Shown: positions 29,883 through 43,396 of the stretch, piece after piece
Position numbering within the stretch: position 1 is the stretch's first letter
Layout: every line of letters begins with the position of its first letter
Assembly (NCBI RefSeq): GCF_964204645.1
Contig: NC_134031.1
Location: 11,596,088 to 11,660,087, forward strand
DNA: 64,000 nt
DNA from: Tubulanus polymorphus
Taxonomy: Eukaryota > Animalia > Nemertea
Direction of reading: 5' to 3'
Position numbers and translations under genes: made by a program
Notes under the pieces: model-generated
What the model was told of the DNA's origin: nothing
Database searches by the model: none
What the model saw: only the letters and a program-made list of their open reading frames with translations

Positions 29883-30485
29883 AGATTTATTTATATTTGA
29901 ACCGCATAATATGTTAATAACTGGGGTACCAACTGTGGTAAAACACATTTCATATTAGACTTGTTAGAAACTATCTATAAGAATCATTTTGATTATATAA
30001 TATTATTTTGTCCTACTTATGAAATGAATATAACATATAATAGAGATATAGTTAAGATGAAAAAGTTTATTATATTAGATCCTAAAATAGTAAAAGAAAA
30101 TTTAGATAATTGTATAAAAATAGCAATTGATACTTATAAAGGATCAAATACGTTATTCATTGTAGATGATTGCGCAAATTTACATGATTCAAAAGTTAGA
30201 GAAAGTGAGTTATGTTATTTCGCTTTCTCTGGAAGACATTTCGGGATAACAACATGGGTTTTAAATCAAAAATATAATTAAATTGTTAAAGACTTTAGAG
30301 AAAACATTAGATTTCTAGTTTTATTCTACAATAAAGATAGAAAATCTATGCAACAATCATTGGAAGAAAATCAAATTATACCTACTGAATTACATGATGA
30401 ATATATGAATAAATTAAAGAATAATAAAGGTTCAAAATTATTACTGAGATTACAATTTCCATATGGATATAAATTTATAAAATAA
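29875..30485 (+). pseudogene. Packaging ATPase with frameshift in Walker A and stop at 30279
   Basis: ggggtaccaactgtggt here versus ggggtaaccaactgtggt in the 10.4-kb copy; LFIVDD and GRH motifs. Confidence 0.85.
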
Positions 30486-30654
30486 CTATTTATATATCTA
30501 TGTATTAGATACCCTATTAGATACCCTAATACCTGATACCCTATTAGATACCCTAATACCTGATACCTGATTTCATGTGTATCGATGTATGGAATATGTT
30601 TATATACTTTACCTCCTTCCATTTATTATATAAATTTTTATTAAAGTTAAAATT

Positions 30655-31897
30655 TTAATACATAACACTATTTAATTCAGAATTTACAATATTTAATTGC
30701 GCGTCAGATATAATATAAATGTGCATTTTGAAATTTAGACTTCCTTTTTTCTTTGTCATGAATAATTTTATTCCATCTTTAGTGTTTTGTAATATTTTCC
30801 AGAACCATGTAATGAATTATCCTCTGTTGTTCTAAAATCTAACCATAATGCATATTTATTACCGGTATAATAATCAATTTGATTAATATTACAATCTTCA
30901 GATGATTTTATTTTTTCATTCATAAAATGTTTTCTAATTTCTGGCCATTGATCAATCATTCTCATTCCTTGACAAAATATTTTATTTGCTATTCCTTCGA
31001 TAGTTATTTCTACGTTTGTTATTTCAGGATTATAATATTATCAACCTGTATTGCACCATTAGAATATGTTGCAATGGTAAAAAATATTAATATACCTTTA
31101 ATAGATCTTCTTGGGAAGTTAATATTCTCATTAATTATTTCATCATTTGCATTAATAGTTACAGTTTTAAATTTATCAATATAATCATATAATAATGAAA
31201 ATCCTTGATTGTATTTAGTTTGAATTATACTTGAAATATTTTCATCAGTTACTGTATCATATTCTAAACATATATTCGATAATTTATAACTCATATCTTT
31301 AACAACGCTAGATAATACAATTTCAATTACAGGAGCAAATGTTATCTCGAATATAACGTCTTCTTGAATTGCGTATTTATATAAAGGTGCATTGTTATTT
31401 ATCAATTCAAAGTCTAATGGAGTTTTATATTTGCTTCCATAAATCTTTTTTATCAAATTATCTACAGCATTAGTTACTACTGCATTATTGGCTTCTGATC
31501 TTAATTTATTTTGGTTTTCTGATTGGATTCCTTGAAATATCATATTTCTATTTTCTTTAGTTAATCATAAATCTTTATAATGCATAAATAAATTATAATC
31601 ATCTAATGAGAAAACTGTTTCTGGACCAATCTTTATAGTTAATTTTTTAATCAAATATCTTCCAACATTATCAACAACATGATTATTATTATTACCGGTT
31701 ACTTTTATATCGGCAGATAAATAAATACTATTTGGAACATAAAAAGTATTTTGTGTTAATCTCGGGATTCTAACATATAAAGTTTCATCGGGATTAATAT
31801 TTGAAGGATTATGTGTAATTATATGATGTGATCTTTCTGCTTTAATAGCATTAGATATTCTATGATTCTTAGAAGGATTGATATAACTCCCACTCAT
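30655..31897 (-). pseudogene. Probable major capsid protein, broken
   Basis: ORFs 31565-31897, 31019-31543 and 30768-30965 are homologous to 14099-15305. Confidence 0.7.
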
Positions 31898-31917
31898 TTA
31901 TTTAACAAAAAAATTAA

Positions 31918-33492
31918 TTATTTATTTTTGATCATGTTTACTAAACCAAAAATAATAGCACTTACAACTGTAATTAAAAATAAAATAATATGTTCAGCAG
32001 CAAAGTTAATAATGTTTCCTGCAGATTTCAATATAAAACCAACAATTGATGCGATAACTCCAGGCAATGCTGCAGCAGATTTCTTTGATAGTTCCCATAA
32101 ATATTTTGCTAATTTCTTTAAACCATCTTTAACTTTATCTTGTATTGAATTATTATCTGGGGGTTTATCTGGTTTTTTAGGAGTAGGAGTAGATTTTAAT
32201 GAATTTGATATAGCTAAACCAATTGTTGTAAATAACATAGTTACAGCTGTTAGAATTGAAAGAATTGTTATTCCTTCTAACTTAAATAATAATCTTATTC
32301 TATCTTTCAATGATAGTTTAGAATCTGATTTTATTATTAAATCTTTAAAAATAACTTTTAATTTTTTAATATGATTAAGATCATATGATTTTAATAATAT
32401 ATCTCTTTCTTCTTTTTGTAATTTTATGTTATATTCTAAATCATCTATTTCTTTTTCTAAAGCTAACTTTCTGCTTGCATAATCAGGTTCATCTCTATTT
32501 AATTCTAATTGTTCTAATTTTTCATTTGCAATAGCTAATTCTTTTTCTAACATGGCTATTTTAGAAAATCTCATATTAATATTAGCATTTACATCAGCTG
32601 ATTCTTGAATACCTTTAATTTCTCTACGTGTTTGTTCGGGAAATGCTTCTAATTCTTCATCAGTTAATTTAAGAAGTCCTTTTTCTAGTAAAGATTGTAT
32701 TCGATTTATTCCATTTTCAGCACCGGGTGTATCTAAAACACTATTCATCTCTTCTTCAAATGAATGAATTGTATCTAACATGCTATCAAAATGTTTTACT
32801 AATTGTAATTGACTTGAATCATTATCAATTTGTTGAGTGTCTCTTCTCGATGTTTCTGGTGTTGAAGATCTTAATCTATCTAATTGATCTCTATTCTCTT
32901 CCATTTCTGGATCAAAATCAGTAGGATTTAAATTTGGATTTTTAAATGGTGAATATTTGTTTATATCAATTTTAGGAATTGGTTTTTCTTTATTTATTCT
33001 ATCGAGTGCATTCCATATAATTCTGAGAAATTCTGTGCCACCTTTTGAATGTTCAATTGTAGATCTTGCTAACATTACAGGTTCATAGATATTTTCTTGA
33101 CCCATTCTAGATAATTGAATTGATACATTTTTGTTATTTAATTCAACATTATAATACCATGCATCATTTTTAAATTCTAAATTATTCATGAAAAATGGGT
33201 CATCTTTTAAAATTTGTTCTACAACACCTTCTGAACCAATTTCATCTATTACATCTTTTGGCAATATTTCGTTTACAACTACACCTGTTATTTTAATTTT
33301 AATTTCATTTAAATTTTCACGTAATTCGGAATTAATTACATCATAATCATCATCTTCACCTAAATTAGTATTATATGCTGATTCATTACCATCATTAAAA
33401 CTTGTTTCACTAAAATCAGGTTGTTGTTCATCAGTTATACCGGGGGTGTCATCAAAAGGATCCAATGGAATATCTTCTCCACCTTCTGCCAT
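31918..33492 (-). CDS. 524-aa viral acidic/coiled-coil protein with C-terminal hydrophobic and amphipathic helices
   Basis: Intact ORF upstream of the MCP gene; GITILSILTAVTMLFTTIGLAI and ALPGVIASIVGFILKSAGNIINFAAEHIILFLI. Confidence 0.8.
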   Translation of the reverse strand: MAEGGEDIPLDPFDDTPGITDEQQPDFSETSFNDGNESAYNTNLGEDDDYDVINSELRENLNEIKIKITGVVVNEILPKDVIDEIGSEGVVEQILKDDPFFMNNLEFKNDAWYYNVELNNKNVSIQLSRMGQENIYEPVMLARSTIEHSKGGTEFLRIIWNALDRINKEKPIPKIDINKYSPFKNPNLNPTDFDPEMEENRDQLDRLRSSTPETSRRDTQQIDNDSSQLQLVKHFDSMLDTIHSFEEEMNSVLDTPGAENGINRIQSLLEKGLLKLTDEELEAFPEQTRREIKGIQESADVNANINMRFSKIAMLEKELAIANEKLEQLELNRDEPDYASRKLALEKEIDDLEYNIKLQKEERDILLKSYDLNHIKKLKVIFKDLIIKSDSKLSLKDRIRLLFKLEGITILSILTAVTMLFTTIGLAISNSLKSTPTPKKPDKPPDNNSIQDKVKDGLKKLAKYLWELSKKSAAALPGVIASIVGFILKSAGNIINFAAEHIILFLITVVSAIIFGLVNMIKNK

Positions 33493-33509
33493 TTACATTA
33501 TAAAAAAAA

Positions 33510-34935
33510 TTAAAATTTAAAATATAATATTCCTCCGATTACAATTCCTATACAAGTTATAGCTAATTTAGCATTTTCATGGGATTTATTATCATCATTT
33601 AGTTTAATTATATCATGTTGAATAATATCAGTTCTAATATTTTCTGATGTATTGTAATCTTTTATTTTAGAATCATTATTTAATTTAATATTATTAGTTT
33701 TAGTTTCAGTTGATTGAATATGTTTTTTATTTTTTTCACCTTCCATTAATTTTGGAGCAGTAATAATCTTTTTATTTATATCATTCAATCCAAATGAATT
33801 ATTTATTGTTGCAGTTTTAATTAGATTGTTATAACCAATTATATTTCCCATCTTTAATACTAAATCATTGGAAATAATAAATAGATTAGGGCCTATACAA
33901 TAATTTAATCTAATATGTGATTTATCTAAATAATTTTGATATCTTGCAATGTTTTCCGGAATCGATCTATTTTTATCATTATGAATGGAATCTTCAAATA
34001 ATACTTTGAATTGTTTTTGTGTATCAAATGATGTATTCAAATTTCCAATTATTGGGGATCTTGTTTCAACTTGTGCACCTAAAATACATATCAAATAAGT
34101 TCTAATAGATTGATTTATTGTATTCCATGCTTTGTATTCTGAATTCTTTGTATTCCAGCTTTAGTAAAACCTTCACTATTTTCTAAAATGTAATTAACCC
34201 AAACATCATTATTTTGTTGTTGTTTGATATAAATATAATATTTTGGTATTTCATTCCATTTAAACGTTTTTGAGTTTGTATTTTTTATTTCTTTTCTATA
34301 TTCTTTAGTATAAGGGACATAAAAACCTCCGATTGGAAATGATGAATTATTCATTGCATCCATAGCTTTCTCTACTTTAGATAAATCTCCCCCTGTAATT
34401 GTTCCCATCTTTGATCTAAAATCAGAATTATTTATATCTATATCAAATTCATTACATATTTTATAATACTTTGATAAATTAACGTTATTATCTAATTCTT
34501 TAAAATATCTAGACCCTGGTAAAGGACACTCTAATTCATTTAATATTAATCTTATTTGAAAGTATGTATGCAATCTAAAGAGTGATAATATTAATGGTAA
34601 ACTTGGTTTATTTAAATGATCATTCCAACATATGCCGCACCCTGTTGTTGCGCAATAAAAGCAAAATTTAATTGGTTTTGCCAGAATTGCATATTTGATT
34701 TTAACATCCATAATTTTGCTTTACTTAATTCTTTTTCAAAATTAATTTCATAAACATTGAATATATTTTCCATCTTTACATGAAAATTATTACTTTCAGT
34801 AACATGAATATATAAATCAATTAATGAATTTAATACTTCATTTCTATATGAAATATCTTTATTAAAATCTATTGCTGGAATATTATATTTAATTGATTTA
34901 TTATATTGGAAAGCTTTTGGAAAACTATCTACCAT
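33510..34935 (-). pseudogene. Conserved viral hypothetical gene (MVDSFPK...), frameshifted, C-terminal TM
   Basis: Three consecutive ORFs homologous to 5652-6870. Confidence 0.8.
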
Positions 34936-34982
34936 ATATATAATATAGCAGAAGCCATTTATTTAGTAAAATAATTACGCAT

Positions 34983-35188
34983 TTATACGGGAGGAATATA
35001 TCTTTTTGTTTTTCTAAATAATCAATAGTTAAATTAGATTAATTTACTGCTAATGTTAACTTTAAAATATCATTTATATCAAATCTATCAACATTAACAC
35101 TTCCCATTTTGAATACTTTTTTTAATACCATTAAATAACCAACAGTTCCAACTGATAGTAATGCTCCATTATATAATCCAGTTATTAT
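34983..35188 (-). pseudogene. Remnant of a small hydrophobic viral gene
   Basis: ITGLYNGALLSVGTVGYLMVLKKVFK...DILKLTLAVN*SNLTIDYLEKQK. It is followed by an MASAI start (34958) that is deleted into the MVDSF gene. Confidence 0.55.
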
Positions 35189-36313
35189 CACAAATCAGTT
35201 AATGCTGCACGCTGCAGTACAGCCCATTCGATGTGTTGTTATTCCAGGGAGATTAATGTTAAATTTTTTCTACTATGAATTATGATTTGTTTAAAAGACC
35301 AGTGCCAATATGAAAGGTCAACATGTGCTGAAGAGAACTGTGAAATAAAATTTCGGATTGGCCCACTACTTTTCCCGTAATTTGCTAATTACTTTACCTA
35401 TAAATCCGAATAGAATCGACTAAATCCACGCCCACCACTAAAAACTTACATATATGAATATTAACATGGCTTACTATAGGTTAGTATCTAACTGAAAAGT
35501 ATATGGTTATAGCTTGGGTCTGTCTATTTGGTCTGCTAGGTCAACTTTTACGATTTTTGGGTACCAAAAACCGACTGACCTATATCATGTATACACATTT
35601 TTGTAAAATGGAGTAACTACTTGAAGATGACCATATACTCTGCTATTAGGTTGATATGTTAGCCATCGTTTTCCGTTATATGTTTATTCATATCATTAAT
35701 GGTGGGCGTAGATTTTAGGTTTCAGATAAAGATTTGTGACGTATGCTAAAAATAGTACAGCAGTGTAACACTGCTAGGAAGGATGACGTCAATCACTATA
35801 CACATAGAGCTTGCTGTACACATGTGATGCGTATAGTTCAGACAGAATAAAAGTTCACAAGACAATTATATTTGTTGTATTACCTACAACTTTAAATTTG
35901 ATACAACTACTACGCATTAAAGGAATTATTTACAGTATCTTGCATAAGTAAATTAATAATATATGAGATTTCTTAGAAATTATAATCGCTATGATTGAAC
36001 GGCAATGAGATACAGGAATGGATTTTGTTTACGAATTTTATCCTTCTACAGACCTTTAGAATATTTTCACTTAATAATATTGATGTAACTATTTGTATTT
36101 GTCCAAAATATTTGTTATATCCTGTAAACAAAACTCCATTCAAAATATAAAACTCCGAAATTAAAAACCAGGGAAAATTGAAACTGTTGCGAGTTGGTCG
36201 GCAACAGCTTTTTGGCGGGAAATACAACTAACATAAACCACAAACAAATGTGTTTTTAGATTTAATGTTCTCTGACTTAGGCTTTGCGTTAAAAACATGG
36301 TACATGCTCGATC

Positions 36314-39300
36314 ATGGATTACTGTAATTTTGTCAAAGTTTTAGCAGCTAGAGTGACAAAAGACAAACATTTTCTCCATTCACGTGAGTCAAAACCTCGT
36401 CATAACTCGCATTTGACAGCCGGTGAAAGATACAATCTATATAACAATATCACGAAAGATTTACGAAATTTGAAATTCAAGGATTCTAATACTTTTGCGA
36501 GAGAAATAAAACGGATCGAACTTGTGCTCAAGGACAGACAGTACTGGCTTCATAAAAATCAAAACGGTGAAAAAGAAGAATTTTTACAGTATTTCTCTCA
36601 TGAATGCTGGGTCAAGCTTCCGCAAAATATAAAGGAATCCCATACTCTTAAGGGATGTATTACTTGCAAGTCTCGTGACGGTCATATTAGTTGTCTCCAT
36701 GTCAGCAAAAAAGACAAAGGACTATCATCTGCTTCCACTGTGTGTAGAGAGGTTCTCAAAGAAATTACCAATGCGAAACCGCCCCGTAACAAACAGAAAA
36801 CGGCCGCAAGAAAGGCTGCAAAAAGAATCATCGAATCAGTAAAGCCCATTTTTGAGAAATCGTATGAAGAGCCAATTGAAGATGCTATCAAGGTAATTTC
36901 ATTTCTTCAATATTTCAATATTTAATTGTTTATATCCATTTTACAGAGTTATATATACCGTAAACAAAACCATCTAACAAATTGTTGTCTATTGCATTGC
37001 ATCCTGATAGGTCTATATGCCTGGGCTGGTGCAACGCCTATTTCGTTAGTAAAAAAAATACGCACCCGAATTTCAGAATTGCTGCAATAATGTTTATTAT
37101 ACAGCACGTTAATCCTATTATCAACCGCAGTCGCTTTAGTTCAAGTAGACTCCCGAGTGCTAATAGTTTTCACTTAAAAGCTACATCTTTCTTTTTAACT
37201 TATTTCCGGCGGGAAAGTCCATTTTGTTCACTATGGGCTGATAAAATGAAATTTATACACTCTACAGCGCTCACTTCTAAATAATCGGGCAATGCATTGC
37301 AAAGTTTGGAGTTCTGCATACATGTATAATCTTAATTGCAACACTTCTCGATATCACAGAAGAGTTAATGTATTGAAACTGTTCGGTTCTATTACAGCTT
37401 ATCACGATGAGACGATATGAATTGAAAGATATGTATCGGATTTATAATCTTCAATTTCAAACTGTATGTTAATCAATATTCGAATTCCATTTATTGACAG
37501 GCGGTTTATCAGAAATCAAACTCCACTAATGAAACAATGAAAAACGCTAGAAGGAGAATACGTGACCAGTTAATTAAAGATGACGACAATCGATTATTAG
37601 CAATCGGAGATTCTTTCGCTCACCATGACCGTCGTGTTAAGGCAACATATTTTGAGAAAATGTCCACTGCAGCAAATCGTGTTGCTCAAAGTATAATCTC
37701 CGAGGAAAGCGGTACTCAAGCAAAAAAGAATCCGGTTGGTTGTCTCGACGCCTACAATTTTGAAAGAACAGATTTTCTGTCTGAAATACGTACATTGGAG
37801 GAAAATACACATATAAACTGGTCGGAGATGGCAAGAAAATATAATGTTACTGGAAACGATGGTAAAATAAGTAAAAAGGGGGGTCAGATCTTAAAGGAAT
37901 ATGCGAAATTGCAAGGAATAAATGTCGACAAATTCAATACTAATGTCGTGATATCAGGAAGAGATATCCCAAAGCGTGTGAGACGCTGCAAAAAGCGTCT
38001 TTATGGTCACATCACCTTACCATGTGAGCGCAGCGCAAAGGAACTATCAAACGAAATAAAAGGAAAAATTGAAAGTGGGGAAATCAATCTGGGTGAACTT
38101 GTAGCACCGAAGGAATTCGAAAAAGAAATAATCAATTCGAATGGAGAACTCGAAGTACAGAAAGTAATTGTGTATGGTCGAAAAAGGGCGCTAGAAAATA
38201 TTCGACAGGATGCACTAGACCGTCACGAGAAATTAGGAATTCTGCGGGACTTTGACGAAAATATGTCTAACCAAGAATTGAAATCATATCTAAGTACAAT
38301 CGGTGAATCTCGAAGCGCAAATTGCTGTGTCGATTCTCTTCGTCACTGTGTTCGCGATTTCCATCGGACCCGACACATGAAACTTTGGCATGACCACAGT
38401 AGTATTGCTGGACATTCACATTTCATGGTTATGATTCAGTTTATATATGATCGCGCTGTTTATTTGACGGATGAAGAATATCGTATTAAATATCCAAAAA
38501 GAAGATCTATCAATATCCAAAAAGTCGTCGAAATACCCGAGATATATATAATCGGCCGATCTGGAGCTAGCGAGGCAGACCAATTGATATATATGGATAC
38601 AAGATTAGAAGACTTGAAATCTCTTGGGTTACCTGTTATATCGAGTCAAGGTACACCGTATTATGACGTGATGCGATATTTTAGTGGTGATGGACCGGCA
38701 CGCGCATTCGAAGCTGGAAATAATTCCGGCGGTCACTATCAGTGCCACTGTGGCGCGAATGCCAATTTACATGAAAATCTCGCGCACTGTTTCAGTAAAT
38801 GTCATCGATCAATTGCGGAAAAACAAAACATTGTTACAAAAGGAATTATGTGGAAGAAATATGCTAACAAAATAGAACCCTTTAGCAACTTAAAGGTCGA
38901 TGACATCAGAGGAGAACTTTTAGCCCGTAAAATTGATATTTCGGAGCTTAAATTGAAAGCCGACTTACAGCAAGCACTATCCGAAGAACTTTCCGGCGTA
39001 AAGCGAGTCCCAAGTGTCCTGTTCAATTCACCAACTGCTTCCCTGGATGATTTGAATTCCAATAATTACGAAATCGTCGAAATCGAAACTCTACATGATA
39101 TCGCAAATATGTCCAAGTTAATCATGGAAGAACTACCGGAACATATAGAAAACCAGGAAATCAAACGAAAAATGAAATGTCTCCACGACCAGTTATTAGC
39201 AGGAAAGACACAGATTAAAGGGAGTGATGCCCGATTACAACTTGTACGATTGTGCAATCACTGTGAAAGATGGGAAAAAGAAGGGTTGATATCAACAGAT

Positions 39301-40474
39301 ATTTTAAGAGTTGTATCTTCACTTGCAGAAATCAGTGATATAGCCTACAGCCCGGAAAGTGAACGTTCGCAAAAGCTCATCCTTCGATTATATAATCTGA
39401 CATTCGAGTTCGGATTTCTTTGTGAAAAAGTAATCGGTATCCCGTCAACAAAAAAGACAACAAAACGTCGCTTCTATGGATCATATTTCCATTCGATTAC
39501 CGCTCATATGGCTGATGTCTTCCGTTTGATTCCGCTAAGTTCCCTATTAGCTGAAAATGAAGAAAGGACATTTGGAGACTGCAAGCGTATTTCTGCTACA
39601 ACGGGCCTAAAAAGACCCGGTTACGTTATCGGTAATATTTTTCTTCGCCATCAAGCTGAGCGACAGAATTGCTATAAACGAGATACGCTAGCTATTCAGG
39701 TGTCACGAATCAGCAAGGAGACCAAAGTTCTCTCTTCATTCGGAAAAAATACAATTATTACGTGGGATATGCTGTGTAAGAGACGATCTCTAGTTCAAGC
39801 ACATTTTCGACGGATTTCTGATTATTTGGTACTCGGTGAAAACACATGGTGGAAAGTATGCGACAAAGGAATAGAGTGGATGGATGGAAACGATGAAAAC
39901 AACCAGCGAATCTCTCCAAGGCTATTTCATTTTCGGTCATCCTCAAGAAAGGAGTGTGAGTTACATGTCAGAAAATGCTGGGATGATTGTCTGGACTTGT
40001 TGTGTAAACAGAAAATACGTCTCCCAATGATCAAAGTTAAGATGTCTGATGACGAAATCGTAGAAACTGACTTGATTAACGATATGCCTTGCTGTGAGTA
40101 TTGCCGTTTCCCCATAATCTTATATTTCAATGTATCCAATATCAATACGCTTATTTACTTTTCAGCACAAAATCCGAATGAAGACGTAGAATTTAACTGC
40201 ATTACGGAGGTATCTGACATCTCGTCACCTGATATCTCGTTTCTACGTCACCAAGAATCCGAAACAGTTGAGAGAAATGAAGAAATATGTGTACAAATTA
40301 AGGCAATAACCGGTGAGCTTATTAGTGAAAATGAAAAAGTCCTATTCAATATATTTATATTCGATTGGATTGCTAATTGCTGTGTTGCTATTTTAGGAGA
40401 CGAAACCTTACTGATGGAGCCGAGAGAAATTAGTTTGATGACATCGCCACCAAATATAGTTAATTCTGACCTAG
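36314..40474 (+). CDS. Intron-containing RAG1/Transib-like DDE transposase (3' end unresolved)
   Basis: Exons 36314-36892, 37501-40093, 40166-40312 and 40397-40474 with phase-consistent GT-AG introns. Motifs WHDHS, FSGDGP, YQCHCG, ETLHD, YFHSITAH and AENEE. Confidence 0.7.
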
Positions 40475-42414
40475 GTAGATTGCTTAATTGAATGCCGAAG
40501 ATCAAAACGTATTGGCCAAATATTGAGACGGCATTTTAACCGGTTGCTCTAAAAATCCAATCGTTTACGATCAATATCATTAGGGGGTAAATAACTAAAA
40601 TCGTGACCATTGTTCTCACACGACAACAAGCCAGGTATTTAATTTTAAGCGAACCAGGCCCGAAGAAAATACTTCGCGGTTGCGCAGCTAGAATGTTTTT
40701 AAAGGTTTGGTCGAAAAATATGTGTTTTACAAAAAGCTACTTTATTCACCATATTTTCACAGAGTTTGGGTCCATGGAAAATATACCCCCAAAATAGAAT
40801 AGTAGTATGGTCTTCACGCCGTGAACAACACTGAGATTTGTTAATGCGTTACATTTCATAAATGCTCATAATTTCCGCTAAACAGAAATCCCATATTTTC
40901 AATAGAACCAGTTTTTGTTCGATTTTTCAAAATTTGACTGAAATTATTCCTCTTTTAATACGTCTGGAACTTGCGATTATGATAAGAATATCAAGATAGT
41001 GAAATACGTATTTTTAGTCACAAGATCATAATATCACTTTGATGTTGGATGCTGACATGAACATCAGCTGACATATTCACACCACAGGATATACTATACA
41101 GGTTGTAAAACTGACAAAATTTGCAAAGGCTTTAGAATAAAATATGTTTCTACGGCGGAGCTCTCAGCATTTTAGAGTACACGGTCTCAGATACGGCATA
41201 GGTCAAACTTGAGCGTTGTTTACAGTGCACCATGTGGCCTACGGGAAGGTCTCTCCGCTCTGCTGCTATTTAGATTTTCGTGTGTGGTTTCAGCTGGCTA
41301 CAATGCTATTCTTATCCCTTGTGGCAATCGGCGGGAAATGCTAACATCTGGAACGAGTATCTACCATAAACGATACATGTATAAGCACAGTCCGCCAGTC
41401 CTCAGTTTTATATTTGGCCTCATGTGATCTTTTGTTGAAGAATGAATGAAATACAATTTTGTGGTCTAAAAACGCCCGTGTCATTTACTTTAAATCATAG
41501 AACAAGTAAAGTTCTGCAAACTCATAAACCGAAAAGATCTTTCTTTTCAGTTTATGAGTTTTTTATATTCATCAACGCCTATAGAAATAAAAAGTAAATT
41601 CATTTTAGAAGATTAAGGACATGTGCATATTCCAAAAAAAAATTATGAAACAATAAAACGCACACTCATTTTTCAACTCAGATATATATTTTTATCGATA
41701 ACAGGTAGGCCTAATACGTAATCCCCCGGTTAATGTCCTCAGGTAAAATTCCCGGACAAAAAACCGTCCAAATTTGATTTCACAGCAAAAGTCAATAAGA
41801 TACTTATGTATATATATTCTTATATGTATGTATATTCTTATGTTATGAAAAACTTTAATAGTTTTCAAAAATTTCAAATTTGCCGTGGTGTTTCACAATG
41901 TTCACCTTGGATAATCTGGGCCTTTTACCAAGCTACGTGCATAAAAATGACATTATTTTAAACCTAATGCCTACTGTCTCATGATCATATCATAGAATGT
42001 TACATTGCGACTTAAGATTATTAGGTCATATATGAAGGCCCGAGGTGACGTTAAATCCACAAATATCTCGAGTACCCCGGCCCTGGGTTAATCTATGAAA
42101 TGGGTGCCATGTTAGTAAATCGTGCCGTTTTCTCGAAAATTGTCTTCGTTTTGCGACTCATTTTATTTGTGGAAGAATTGATGAAAGTTGATCTAGCCCA
42201 CGAGTAACGTTTCAGTGCTCGTAGATCTAGCGAACTAACATGATCTTTGAAATCATCGATTTTGAAATAGAGATTGCTAACATTCAACAGCAGGCCCGCG
42301 CCAGGTTATACCGGAACGTATTTTATACGCTAAAACAGGTGGGGGTCATTGGGGGCCAGTGAAACAATTTTAGCTATAATGAATAGTGAAACGATTTTGT
42401 GACAAGATTTATAT

Positions 42415-43154
42415 CGGTTTAGCGGTAAAAAGCCCCTAGGTAAAAATCCCCAATTCTTCGAAGTAGGTACGTAAAAATCCCCCTCCTTTCGAATGCAGTC
42501 TAAGTAGATACAATCTTTAGGTTAATCAATTCATATTATTGATACATACATCCAATTTATTCATATTATTCTGTGGAACACCATAAGGATATCATGAGCA
42601 TACAAACTATAGTTTAAACTATTTGAATTAAAACACTACAAATTAACAGTTCATTGATACTCAATTAGTACTTAAAGTGATCGCATAACTGAATGAAAAG
42701 GTTCATCGCACATTTCAAATACACTAGCTTAAATCTAAAATAGTTCAAATTAAATTACACTAGCTTAAATCTAAAATAGTTCAAATTAAAAGTACATTAT
42801 TTCTAATAATTCATGGCATCGCACAGCTGAAATATACCACAAGTTAACAAGAGTTCACAGTTCAAAATATTCCAGTTCGAATTTTAAGATATTACAAATA
42901 AAAAGTTCATTATTCTTATTTATTCTAACAATTATTTATTTTATTCTAAGAATGTTCTTAAGAATTTATCGCAACAAAAGATTTCATTGCACAGTTTAAA
43001 CATATTTCACTCTCATTGCAAACGAACAAAATTGGAGAAACATCTTGCTTTGAAATGTCCTTGAAATTCAACAAGTGGGGATTTTTACCTACTTTGAATA
43101 TTTGTGGATTTTTACCTAGGGGATTTTTACCCAGGAGATTTTTACCTACAACCG
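42415..43154. mobile_element. MITE with repetitive TIRs (Mutator-like)
   Basis: cggtt...ggtaaaaatcccc repeats on the left and ggggatttttacc...aaccg on the right; flanks atttatat / atttatca; internal 34-bp tandem duplication at 42721-42790. Confidence 0.65.
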
Positions 43155-43160
43155 ATTTAT

Positions 43161-43396
43161 CAAGGGCGGATCCAGGGTCCTCTCTCGAGGGTGTTCCAAA
43201 TTAAGAGCACTCAATAGGCCGAACTCAAAACTGAGAAGAAAGGGACATTTTGCCATGTGAATGAAGTTTAATATTTCACTAATATGACACAAAGTAACTT
43301 TTATACTAAACTTGTAATAGATTGAGGGATAGTCCAGGAGCATGGACAAAGCTCGACGGTGTTCCGAAACCCCCGATACCCCCTGGATCCGCCTGC
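43161..43396. mobile_element. Small MITE (hAT-like ends)
   Basis: ggcggatccaggg ... ccctggatccgcc inverted ends; no clear TSD. Confidence 0.55.

Noticed and set aside
30371-30622. 83-aa ORF with a YQVLGYLIG repeat as a real gene
   Set aside because: It is the start of the zinc-finger gene deleted into a 27-bp duplication, then running antisense into the ATPase.
31862-32374. 170-aa and other antisense ORFs over viral and pol genes (e.g. 7024-7299, 11526-11876, 15445-15759, 52830-53198)
   Set aside because: Shadow frames opposite recognisable genes.
35190-42300. RSS-like TIRs or a RAG2-like partner around the RAG1-like gene
   Set aside because: Only weak, patchy inverted similarity (about 35290-35355 versus 41765-41930); no heptamer ends, TSD or kelch ORF found.
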